Positions 1 through 15,394 of a stretch of 64,000 nt of DNA are shown piece by piece. The stretch lies in the NCBI RefSeq assembly GCF_009914755.1, contig NC_060935.1; one strand, given 5' to 3'. Source of the stretch: the human T2T-CHM13v2.0 reference genome, Homo sapiens. Every line of letters begins with the position of its first letter. The stretch's first letter is position 1. The notes under the pieces are model-generated. The model was not told the origin of the DNA, made no database searches, and was given only the letters and a program-made list of their open reading frames with translations. The translations under genes were made by a program, and so were the position numbers.

Positions 1-1060
1 CTAAAGGAAAGAGTCTGATTTTGAGTCTCTCTCCACAGAACTTATTGTATTTCTATATATGAAAAATGAAGTAAAAGATTTTAAGTACCACAAATGTTGC
101 CTAGTATTTGGTAGATTTCAGTCCCTTATAAGTATTTCTCTTCATACACAATGCTCTTAACATTCAAATGTTTAGGCTTGAATAACTCTTTACTTTCTGT
201 GGCCGTGATAAAAATATAATGTATGTATTTGTGTGTGTGCGTTTGATTTTAATAATAATTGATGAAGCATAAATGTATGTCAATGTCTGCCACATTTTTT
301 TTTTGTTGCCCGGCCGGTAATAGCCAGTCTGTTAGAAAGATTTGAATGCCAGGTTCTTAATTTTTAAATCATATTAGAATTGTTTAAGTGGTTTTTACAT
401 TTAGCAAAAAAATCATTAACCTTTTGTGAAAGAAAAATTACTGCAGTAAGCTTTTTTGTTTTTGCTTTGACTTCCATTTTCACTAAAGTGGCATCTCCTC
501 TGCTATTTATTAATGATAATTTAGGTTTTATATCTTGTTGAATTAATAAAGGAAATTATTCTTAAGTGATCTTCAAACTGTCCTTTCAGAGAGGTAGTCT
601 GCATGCATGGTCCCTCTTGCTTGGAAACGAGGGCACTGAGACCCAGAGTCAACACAGAGTTTCCTACAAGTTCTTTATTGTCTGAGGTTGAAACCCAAAT
701 AAAGCAAGGATTTCTTTATTTCTTATGGCTCAGCAACTCTCAAAATAAGAGAGGTTTTCTGAAAACTCTTTGGTACATAAAATATAAATAAAGACAAAAA
801 TGTAACCATTCTATCTAGTTACGCAAATTTTCAGTAAAGCTTGACAGTAATTTCTTTTTCTTAAAAAATGGGAATTGCTGGAAGATAATATAACACTAGC
901 ATTTTCTCTCACTTATTTTTGTTTAAGTCCAAAGCAATAGTTTTGCATACTAAAATATACTTACTGTCTTAGAAAAATACTCCTTGAGAATTAGGATACT
1001 TTACATGTGTTTCCAGGCCTTGGTCAAGTGCAGTTGACTCTGAAAGCCAGAACCAATCCT

Positions 1061-1372
1061 ATTCATTCATTGATTCATTCATTCAAAGACAGGCTCTCAC
1101 TCTGTCGCCACGCTGGAGTGCAGTGGCATAATTATCGCTCATTGCAGTGTCAAACTTCTGGGCTCAAGTGATTCTCCCACCTCAGCCTCTTGAGTAGCTA
1201 GGATTACAGGTACAACACCACCCATGGCTAATTTTACTTGTTTCAACTTTTTGTAGGGACAGGGTTTTGCTATGTTGTCCAGGCTGGTCTTAAACTCCTG
1301 GCCTCAAGTGATCCTCCCATCTCAGCATCTCAAAGATCTGGGATTACAGGCATGAGCAATTCTGCCTTGACC
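1061..1372 (-). mobile_element. AluJ-type SINE; tail converted to (GAAT)n
   Basis: Antisense Alu dimer (agacaggctctcactctgtc...gggattacaggcatgagc). AluJ-like motifs ctgggctcaagtgattctcccacc and cctcaagtgatcctccc. (ATTC)n at 1061-1084. Confidence 0.93.
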
Positions 1373-1774
1373 AAAATACTCTTAAAGTGATAGAAAGATT
1401 TTATTTCTAAATTTGAAGGACTATGAGACAAACTATAGATTGCAGTAAAATCACAGCAATGTTATTAGAACAATTTTCCTCTCCATCCAAGTTTTGCTTT
1501 GACTTTGAATCAGTGTGAACCACATTGTTGTTATTGGCTTGCATTATCTTCATGAAGACTCTAATACAGCTGTGCACATAGCAATTGCTTGGAAATTTTG
1601 GTTTTGTTATCTTTGGAACTGCTTTTTTTAAGTATTTCTTCATAGCTTTCCTCATATGAAAAATATGTGAATGTATGAATATCAATGATATTGCATACTG
1701 TATTAGTATGGCTTGCAGAAATTCCTGTCCTTCTCCCTTAGACTGCAAGACAGACTGGAGAGACTTAAGTTTTA

Positions 1775-1955
1775 TAAGACTTAGATTTAAATATTTGCTC
1801 TATGATAAGCCAGTAATACACCTTTCAAAAGTCACTTACCTGAGCCTTTTTCCCTTCATCCGTATAATGCCAACAATATTATATTCCTCATTTCATATAC
1901 TTACTGTGAAGATTAAATAATGTAGAAATTATATCAACTGTGAAGTGTTTAGGGA
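1775..1955 (+). mobile_element. MIR SINE fragment
   Basis: Degenerate MIR core: acctgagcctttttcccttcatccgtataatg...tgtgaagattaaataatg. Confidence 0.7.
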
Positions 1956-1959
1956 GCAC

Positions 1960-2000
1960 ATTTAAATCTCACAATACCTCTATGGGATGAGTATTACTTG
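1960..2000 (-). mobile_element. MIR fragment (left part of the MIR split by the L1MA)
   Basis: atttaaatctcacaatacctctatgggatgagtattact matches antisense MIR; it continues at 13570. Confidence 0.6.
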
Positions 2001-2138
2001 CTTTTTATTTGTACAAATTTATTGGGTACGAGAAAATTTTTGTAACATGTATATAGCACATACTAAGTAAGGAGATTTAGGATGTCCATCATGAGGTACA
2101 ATATATTTTTGTTAAGTATAGTTATCCTACACTGCTAT

Positions 2139-2562
2139 TGTGTTAGTCAGGGTTCTCTAGAGGGACAGAAATAATAGTATATCTATGTTAAGTTTATGAA
2201 GAAGTATTAACTCACACGATCACAAGGTCCCAAAAGCTGAGGAGCAAGGAAGCCAGTCCAAGTGTCAAAGCTGAAGGACATGGAGTCAAATGTTTGAGCA
2301 CAGGAAGCATCCCGCATGGGAGAAAGATGTAGGCTGGGAGGCTAAACCATTCTAATCTTTTCACATTCTTCTGCCTGCTTTTTATTCTGCCTGCACTGGC
2401 AGCTGATTCGATTGTGCCCACCCAGATTAAGGGTGGGTCTGCTTTTCCAGTCCACTGACCCAAATGTTAATCTCCTTTGACAACACCCTTACAGACACAC
2501 CCAGGATCAATACTTTGCACCCTTCAATCCAATCAAGTTGATACTCAGTACCAACCATCACA
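2139..2562 (-). mobile_element. MLT2A1/MLT2A2 solo LTR (HERV-L)
   Basis: TG...CA termini (tgtgttagtcagggttctctagagggacagaa ... aaccatcaca). Perfect 5-bp TSD GCTAT at 2134-2138 and 2563-2567. Confidence 0.93.
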
Positions 2563-3945
2563 GCTATCAAACATTAAACTCATTTTTTTCTATCTTTCTG
2601 TGTGTTTGTGCCCTTTAACCCACTTATCTTTATCCTGCCCTCTCCCCAAGACTCATCCTTCCAAGTCACTGTTATCTGTTTCCACCCTCTACCTCCACAT
2701 GTTCAAAATATTTGGCTCCCACATACAAGTGAGAACATTCAATATTTATTTTTTTATGCCTGAATTATTTCACTTAAGATAGTGGCCTTCAGTTCCATCC
2801 ACGTTGCCTCAAGTGAAATTATTCCACTATTTTATGGCAGACTAGTATTCCACTGTATATATATACTACATTTTTTAATCTATTTATTCATTGATGAACA
2901 CTTAGGCTGATTTCATATCTTTGCCCTTGTGAATAGTGCTGCAATAAACATGCAAGTGAAGGTATCCCTGTGATATGTTGATTTCTTTTCCTTGGGGAAG
3001 ATACCTGGTGTTGGGCTCCTGGATCTATTAGTAATTCTGTGTTTTGTTTTTTGAGAAATCTCCATATTGTTTTCTATAGTGGCTGTAATACCCTACTTTC
3101 CCAACAACACTGTGTGTAAGTTCCCTTTCTCTGCATTATAATCAACATCTGTTACTTTTGGTCTCTTTAACTAAAGTCATTCTGATGGAGGAAAATGATA
3201 TCTCTGTGGTTTTCATTTGCATGTCTCTTATGATTGCTGATGTTGAACATTTGTTATATACCTGATGGCTGTTGTATGTCATCTTTTGAGAAATGTCTAT
3301 TCATGTCCCTTGGCCACTTTTTAATGGGATCTTTATTTTTTTAATGCTGTTGAGTTGTTTGAGCTCCTTATATATTCTGGATATTAGTCCCCTGTTGCAT
3401 ATATAGTTTGCTGTTATGTTCTCCCATTCAACAGGTTTTCTGTTTACTGTTGATTCTTTCTTTGGTCCACAGTAGCTTTTCAGTTTCAGTCCCATTTGTC
3501 TGTTTTTGTTTTTGTTACCTGTCTTTTGAGGTTTTAGTCATAAGTTAATTGCCCATATCAATATCCAAGAGAGTCTTCCCTAGGTTTTCTTCCAGTATTT
3601 TAAATTTTAAGTCCTACATTTAAGTATTTAATCCATTTGGGGTTGATTTTTATATATGGTGAGTGACAGAGTTTCAGTCAAGTGACAGGGTTTCAGTCTC
3701 ATTCTGCTGCATATGGCTATCCAATTTTCCTGGCACCATTTATTAAAGAAGGAGTTCGTTTTCTAAAGTAAGTTCTTGTCAGCTTTGTAGAAGATCATTT
3801 GGCTGTGGCTTAATTTTTTGGTTCTGTATTCTGTTCTATCAGTCTATGTGTCTATTTTTGCACCCATGCCATTCTGTTGTGGTAACGATAGTCTTGCATT
3901 GTGTTTTGAAGTCAGGTAATGTGATGCCTCCAGCTTTGTTCTTTT

Positions 3946-7890
<3,945 letters not shown>

Positions 7891-9113
7891 CAGCTTTGTT
7901 CTTTTGCTCAGGATTTATTTGGCCATTCAAGATCTTTTTTGGTTCCCTACGAATTTTAGAATAGGTTTATCTAATTCTGTGAAAAATGGCATTGGTATTT
8001 TGATAAAGATTAAATTGAATCCTTAGATTGTTTTGAACAACATTGTCCTTTTTATTATGTCAATCTTTCTATTTCATGAGCCTGAATTGTATCAAATGGT
8101 TTTTCTGCATCTATTGAGATAATAATATTTTTTCTTTATTCTGTTTATGTGATATATCATATTATTGATTGTATATGTTGAACTCTTCTTGAGTCCATGG
8201 TGCAAATCCTACCTGATCATTATGTATTATCTTCTGATGTGCCATTTGATTTGATTTGCTAATAGTTTGTTTAGGATTTTTATGTTTCTGTTGATCAGGG
8301 ATATTGGCCTGTAGTTTTCATTTTTGTTATGTCCTTACCTGGGTTTGGTATCTAGGATAATGCTGACTTTGTCAAATAAGTTAGGGAGAATTCCCTTCTC
8401 TTTTATTTTTGAAAATAGTTTCAGGAGGCTTGTTATTAATTCTTAGTTGTATTTTTGGTATAATTTGTGAATTCATCTGGTCCTGGGCTTTTCTTTGTTG
8501 TGAGACTTTTTATTGTTCTTTCAACTCACTAGTCATTACTGGTTTTTTTCATATTTTCTATTTATTCTTCATCTAATCTTGGTAAGTTGTATGGTTCCAG
8601 GAATGGATCCATGTCTTCTAGATTTTCCAGTTGTATAATTGTTGATAATAGTCTCTCATAATCTTTTGCATTTCTGAGGTATCAGTTGTAATGTCTCATT
8701 TTTCATTTTGGGTTTTATTCGGATCTCCTTTGCTTGCCAAGTCTAGTGAATGCTTTATCAGTTTGTTTAATCTTTTTGAAAAACCAGCTTTTTATTTTAT
8801 TAATCTTTTGTCTTGAATTTACTTTATATTTTATATAGTTATGCTCAGATCTTTACTATTTCTTTTGTTAATTTTGCAATAAGTTTGCTCTTGCTTTTCT
8901 AGTCTCTTGAGACATTTTGTTGGATTGTTAATTTCTAAACTTTCCCCTTTTTGTGTAAGCATTTATTGCTATAAACGTCCCTCTTAGCACTGTTTTTGCT
9001 TTATCCTACATGTTTCTGTATGTTGTGTTTTCATTGTCATTTGTTTCAAATAATTTTTTTATTTTCATCTCAGTTTTTTCATTGACACAATGGTCATTCA
9101 GGAGCATGTTGTA

Positions 9114-9170
9114 TAATATATATATATATAAACATATATATAATTATATATATATAAACCATATATATAT
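9114..9170. repeat. Imperfect (TA)n microsatellite
   Basis: taatatatatatatataaacatatatataattatatatatataaaccatatatatat. Confidence 0.85.
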
Positions 9171-10605
9171 GGTTTCCAAAGTTTTTACTAGTATTAATTT
9201 TTAGTTTTCTTTTATTATAGACTGAGAAGATACTTGATTAAATTTTAATTTTAAAAAATCCTCTTAGAGTTGTTTGGTGGGCAAACATATGGGCTATGCT
9301 GGGGAATGTTTCATGTTCATATACATTCTTTAAATCAGAACATGAAACATTCTCCAGGATAGCCCATGTATTAGGCATATGGGCTATAATATGGACTAGC
9401 ATAAGTATGAATGCATGTGGTTTTTAGATAGAATGTTTCATAATGTTTCTTAGATCCATTTAATCTAAAGTCCAGTTTATATCCAATTTTTTTATTAATT
9501 TACAGACTGTAGGATCTGTCTAAGGCTGAAAATGGGATGGTGAAATACTCCACTAGTTGATTTCAATATCATTACATAATGACTACTTTTTTGCTATTCT
9601 TAAGTTAAAATCTGTATATCTAACACAAGCATAGCTACTCCTGCTCACTTTTGGTTTCCATTTTCATTCAATATCTTTTTCCATCCCTTTCTTTCACTCT
9701 ATATGTATCTTCACTGGTAAAGTGAGGGTTTTTTGTTTTGTTTTGTTTTGTTTGTAAGTAGCATATAGTTGGAGCATTTTTTAAATCCATTTTGCCATTC
9801 CATATCTTTTAAGTCCATAATTTAACTTGTTTACATTCAAGATTATTATTGATATGTAAGACTTTGTTTCTGTTATATTATTAATTGTTTTGTTTGTTTT
9901 GTATATTCTTTATTCCCATCCTTTTTTTCTAATGTTTCATGATTGTGATTTGGTGTATTCCTGTAGTGGTATCATTTGAGTAGCTTCTATTCCTCATTTG
10001 TGCGATTGCTTTCATAGTTTGTACACTTGTTTTCATGATGATAAATGTCATCTTTTTGCTGCTAAGTTTGGGACTCTCTTGAACATTTCTTTTAGGGCCA
10101 GTCTAATGGTAATGAATTCCCTCAACATTTCATCATCTGGGAATTATTTTATTTTTTCTTCGTTTATGAGAAAAATTTCGTTGGATATAGTATACATTGG
10201 GGATAGTTCCTTTATTTTAGGACTTTGAATATATTATCCCATTCTCTTATGGACTGTGAGGTTTCTGCTGAGAAATTTGCTGTTAGACTGATAAGATTTC
10301 TTTTATAGGTAATTAGGCACCTTTCTTTTGTTGATTTTAGGATTCGCTCTTTATCTTTGACTTTACACAGTCTTATTATAATGTGCTCTGCAGAAGACAT
10401 TTTTGCATTGTATCTATCTGGGGGTCGTTGAGCCTTCTGTGTGTGAATGTCTAAATCTCTTGCTAGACTTGGGAAGTTCTCATCTATTATTTTACTGAAT
10501 AGGTTTTCTAATCACTTCTTTGTTTCCACTTCCTTGAGGATACCAATAATTGATAAATTTGGTCACTTTATGTTATCTCAAATGTCATAAAGGTTTTGCT
10601 TATTC

Positions 10606-10917
10606 TTTTTTCTTTCTTTCTTTCTTTTTTTTTTTTTTTTTTTTAAGAAGGAGTTTCACTCTTGTTGCCCAGGCTGGTGTGCCAGGGTGCAACCTTGGCT
10701 TACTGAAACCTCCACCTCCCAGATTTCCTGCCTCAGCTTCCTGAGTAGCTAGGAGTACAGGCACCTGCCACCATAACTGGCTAATTTTTGTATTTTTAGT
10801 AGAGATGAGGTTTCACCACGTTGGCCAGGCTGGTCTCGAACTCCTGAGCTCAGGTGATCTGCCCGCCTCAGCCTCCCAAAGTGCTGGGATTGCAGACGTG
10901 AGCCATCGCGCCAGGCC
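10606..10917 (-). mobile_element. AluS (Sq-like)
   Basis: T-rich tail, gagtttcactcttgttgcccagg, head ...agccatcgcgccaggcc; small internal deletion. Confidence 0.93.
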
Positions 10918-11014
10918 TCTTTATTTTTATCTGACTGAATTATTTCAGGATATCTGTCTTCAAGTTCTGAGATTTGTTTTTCTATCTAATCCAGCCTATT
11001 GTTGAAGATTTTAA

Positions 11015-11167
11015 GCCTTTTCCCATTTAGAAAAAAAAAGTACAACTCACTGCCAGTACTCATTAAATTTTACATAAACATACTTTTTGAGGCTGACGCA
11101 AATCCAACTGATTTTCAATGTGAAAATAAAATATAAAAACTGTTCTTGGAGTTATTTCATCAGAATC
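11015..11167 (-). mobile_element. MER75 piggyBac-family MITE, one end only
   Basis: TTAA (11011-11014) followed by TIR-like gccttttcccatttagaaaaaaaaag and ...ttttcaatgtgaaaataaaatataaaaactgttcttggagttatttc, matching the recalled MER75 terminus. Confidence 0.88.
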
Positions 11168-11469
11168 TCTTTTCTTTTTTTTTTTTCTTTTGACAGTCTT
11201 GCTCTGTCGTGCAGGCTGGAGTGCAGAGGCACCATCTCGGCTCACTACACCCTCTACGTCACAGGTTCAAGAGATTCTCATGTCTCAACTCCCCGATTAG
11301 CTGAGATTACAGGTGTGCACCATCACACCCAGCTAATTTTTATATTTTTAGTAGAGAGGGTTTTCACCATGTAGGCCAGGCTGGTCTCGAACTCATGAGC
11401 TCAAGTGATCTGCCTGCCTTCATCTCCCAAAGTGCTGGGATTACAGGTGTGAGCTACCACACCCTGTCC
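11168..11469 (-). mobile_element. AluS (Sx/Sz-like), no visible TSD
   Basis: Antisense Alu with T tail; ctcaagtgatctgcctgcc. Confidence 0.93.
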
Positions 11470-11798
11470 TGTGGTTGTTTTTTAAACTACCTGTCTTTTT
11501 ATTAGATTTCTCAGTCATATCCTAAGTTAGTTTTCTATTTTTCTGTATTTTTCCTCATAATTATCTTGTATCTCACCGAGTTTTTAAAAATAAATATTTT
11601 GAATTCTTTATCCTGAATTTTGAAAATGTGTTTTTGTTTAAGATCTATTGCTGGAGAATTATTTTATTTCTTCAAAAGTGTCATAATTTTCTGCTTCTTA
11701 ATGTTTTCTCTTCCTTTACATTGATATCTTCACATCTGATGTAATAGTCATTTCTTTTTATTTTTGAATTTTCCCTCATAGGGAAAGACTTTTTCTTT

Positions 11799-12166
11799 TT
11801 CATTCTTTTTTTCTCTCTCTCTTTTTTTTTTTTAAGAATGTACAGGTTTGTTACATAGGTAAACATGATGTGCCATGGTGGTTTGCTTCACCTATCAACC
11901 AGTTACCGAAGTATCAAGCCCCACACGCATTAGCTATTTGTACTGATGCTCTCCCTCCCCTTACTGCCCGACAGGCTCCAGTGTGTGTTGTTTCCCTCCC
12001 TATGTTTATGTGTTCTCATTGTTCACCTCCCACTTATGCGTGAGAACACGCAGTGTTTGGTCTAATATCCAGAATTTACAAGGAACTTAAACAAATTTAT
12101 AAGAAAAAAACAAAAACAACCTCATCAAAAAGTGGGCAAAGAACATGATCAGATACTTCTCAAAAG
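11799..12166 (-). mobile_element. Short L1PA8-like insertion with 5' inversion (12061-12166 on +)
   Basis: T tail plus 3'UTR (gtttgttacataggtaaac...gagaacacgcagtgtttgg), then sense ORF2 piece (tctaatatccagaatttacaagg...ctcaaaag). TSD AAGACTTTT(T)CTTT at 11785-11798 and 12167-12179. Confidence 0.9.
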
Positions 12167-13569
12167 AAGACTTTTCTTTGAAGATTTATCTGTGCTGATG
12201 GTTAGGTGGGGTACTTGACTTTGATTCTGTGTGTGTGCAATAGTGTAATCTCTGTATCATTTTGTTGGCTGTAAATAGCATTAGTGGTCTCTATGAATTT
12301 CTCAGTGTGCTAGGGTCTGGTTAAGAGTGGAGGCTGTTTCAAAGTTGTGCTGGGGATGGGGATGTCAGGTAGGCCAGTCTTCAGGCCTCAGCTGTGGCAG
12401 AGGTGAGCTGTGTATGCCTATCTTTGTACCACAGGACAATATACACTGGCACTGGTATTGGCTGTTAGTAGTCGGCTGATTCTTTGGCCTCCTGGTGGCT
12501 TTCTTGGATGCTTGTAGTGAAAGTGGTAGATCTACTGGGCCAGTGGGTTCTCATGCCCTTCTGCACCCAGTGTGGCATGGGTGATGGCAGTAGCAGTGGT
12601 GGGATGATTCTATAGGTTTCAAATGTTGTATATTGATATTTGCAATGACTGCTATGAGCTGGGTGGGAATGTGTTTAGGCCTGCAGTTGCTACTTACAAG
12701 TAGTTGCCAGCTGAGGTGCAGCAGCCAAGTGTTTAGGTTTAACCTCAGGCCCCTCAGAGGAGTGCTTATGTGCCTATGATTATGGATTTGGTTGGGCAAT
12801 TCCCAGGACCCCAGGCTATGTGCTCTGTTTTGGAGGGAATGGCGAAGCCACTCTGGGTGGACTAGGCCTCAGGCACCCTAATGATAAGAGTAGGTTCCAG
12901 CCCCAGTGGACAGGAGATGGGTGATTCTCAGGCCCCAGCAGAGGGCTCAGGTGAGGGCAGTAGCAGCCATGAAGAAGCCCTATTACTGGAGAAGGTGGGA
13001 CCATTCAGCTTTGCCACAGCCTGAGATATGGGTGGGGAACATATTTTTTCTTTATATTTCAGCCTCTGGTCTGGTGATCGTAGCCTGCACTTAACTTCTA
13101 CACCCAATCACGCTGCAGGAGCCTCCGCCCAACTCAAAACCAAGTCCCAACAGCAACTCACATCCTCATCTCAAATCCCAGCAGCACTTGCTTCCTGGCA
13201 CTGGCCAGTGTTGCCCCTGCCTCTCTTGCTTCCTAGCCCTGGCTGCAGAATGCTCCTAGCTCATTCCAAACTTGTTCTTCTGTCTCAACAATTGACAGCA
13301 CAACTTTTCGTATTGCCCCTATCCCAGTGCCACTGGATCCCAGGACAGCATGTAGTTTGCTAATGGTTAGGTTTGAAAATGATGTTTTGCTTTACCTGCT
13401 TTGGTCTGGTCTCAGAATGGATGTACAGCCCCTTACAAGCTCCCTCCCTGGGGAAGTTCTGTCCCACCATCTCCTGGCAGCTTTCTATTTCAGTTTCAGA
13501 GGTTGGGAGGGCCAAGCAGTTTTCCTGCAGCCAAGATCGCATGATTCCATGGTGGTAAGCCTCTTACTT

Positions 13570-13722
13570 TGGGTAAGCATTACTCTTATCTCCAGTTTAT
13601 AGTAAGGAAATTGAGAGAATATTTAAAATGCCCAGGATCACACAGTGGCTAATTCAGAGATTTAGGCTTTGAAGACGGGATGTCTGGTTTTATATTCTGT
13701 GCTCTTAACCCCTATGCTATAC
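13570..13722 (-). mobile_element. MIR (right part of the split MIR)
   Basis: cattactcttatctccagtttatagtaaggaaattgag...gcccaggatcacacag...gtgctcttaacccctatgctatac. Confidence 0.8.
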
Positions 13723-14074
13723 AAATTGCCTAGCACAGAGTTCATGACCATTAAATACTTAAAACTCTCTCTTCCACTGACTTGGTTCATATACTAGACA
13801 ACAAATTAATTTTAGGATGCATATTTAAAAATTCTTGTCACCAAATTTTAATAATCTGTGATCCCTTCTTGCTAATTAAAATCCAAAGCTGCTTAGCTTT
13901 CTGGCTATGGTATAAATCACCTCCTTTAATATTTTTCATCACATTTTTATCTCTTCTTCTGCAGAAGCCATCCCTGGATGATTGAAGTCTTTTTTCCACA
14001 TCTTGTTGGAATGCTTTAAATATTTATAATTTTACTTTTTATTTAAAATTTAAAGTAACTTTTTTTCCTCTTTG

Positions 14075-14995
14075 ATCTCATGATAATACACATTCTCCCA
14101 GTTTTATTTGTATCTCTATTATCAAGTTTTATTTTTTTTCCTGACCCCTACTGCACTGGCCTTCTAAATGTTGAAGTTTTTCCACCTGGACTAGATCTGT
14201 ACATGTCTACATATTCATTTACATTACATCAGGAAAGCCAATATTTATCCGATAAAAATGCATATAACCAGAATTGGCACCACTGTTATTTCAGGGCACA
14301 GAGTAGATTTAAGGACTCACTGCTGAAGCCATCACCCCCTTATATTGCATGCCTTCTCTTTCACTGTATGTTTTATTCTCAATGATGTTTACACATTCGC
14401 CTTCCTGTGGTTACCAGCTCTCTCTATATATACACCTTTTTATAGTCTCTTAGCTTCATTTTGTACTACTCCCACTGCTAAAGGATTCATTTTTTTGAGT
14501 TATCTAGCTCAGATTTTTAAGACAGTAGACATTTATGTTATGTGACACTTTCTGTGATCTGGCAGCTGCCTCCATCTATAGCCTCATTTTGAGTTATGTA
14601 CTCCCAGGGTCACTGTATTCTATCATATTGCTCACTTTCTGGTACTAAAATGCCTCCAGACTTATCCCACCTCAGTTCCTCTGTTCCTGTTTTTTTTTTT
14701 TTTTTTTCCTTCTGGAATAGCTTCTGCTCTAATTTTGCATGGCTAACACTTTCTCATCTAAAATAACACATTTCTTGACCATTTGATCTACTAAACCCTT
14801 TCAAAGACATTTCAAATTCCTCTAGTTTGTATACAGCATTTATAATTATCAAAATGTATGTTAACTGTTCGTTTATTTGATTTCCTTTTTAGTACATATT
14901 TCCTCCCATCAATACCAGAGCTCAAAGATCATGGCAAGAAAGACAGATTTTTTCTTTCATAATTATATCTGCAACACATTCTGCTCAATGTTTGA
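14075..14995 (+). mobile_element. L2 (L2a-like) degenerate fragments
   Basis: catgataatacacattctcccag...ctaaatgttgaagt; gtgatctggcagctgcctccatctatagcctcat; cttctggaatagc; tgcatggctaac. Confidence 0.6.
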
Positions 14996-15137
14996 CCAAG
15001 TTATTTTATTTTTAACATAAGTTAGCACTATTTAATAAGATATTAAACTAGACACATCTCCAAATTTTTTAATCATTTTAGTTAAAGTAAATATGTATTT
15101 TTCGTTTTTAAAATGCTTCCACTTAAACAAACTTCTA

Positions 15138-15394
15138 TGAGCTGGGAAGATACAGAAATGTCCTGCTCATATCTGCCTGCAGGGAAGATTAGCTATCAGT
15201 ATTTTGAAAACTGTTCTCATTTGTAGAGGGCCACTCTAGCCAAGGCAATGCTCTTCTCAAGGCAGCCCACATTTGGTAATCAAGATGTGATGTTAAAGAT
15301 GCCTGGCCATTTTTTGATTTTATCTTCATTTCATTCTCAAGTATTGGTCCCTAATAGATAACTTACACTACTCCTCCTTTCTAAACCTAAAAGA
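15138..15394 (+). mobile_element. 5' LTR of ERV-L provirus (LTR16 family), internally deleted
   Basis: ccaaggcaatgctcttctcaaggcagcccacat (LTR16-like). Ends aacctaaaaga, directly before PBS-region-like gttgatacaggaagtagttc. Confidence 0.65.

Noticed and set aside
295-320. T10-gttgcccggccgg as a collapsed Alu or regulatory palindrome
   Set aside because: Too short and no TSD; indistinguishable from chance.
1407-1748. 113-aa ORF in apparently unique sequence
   Set aside because: No recognisable domain or exon context; this length is expected by chance.
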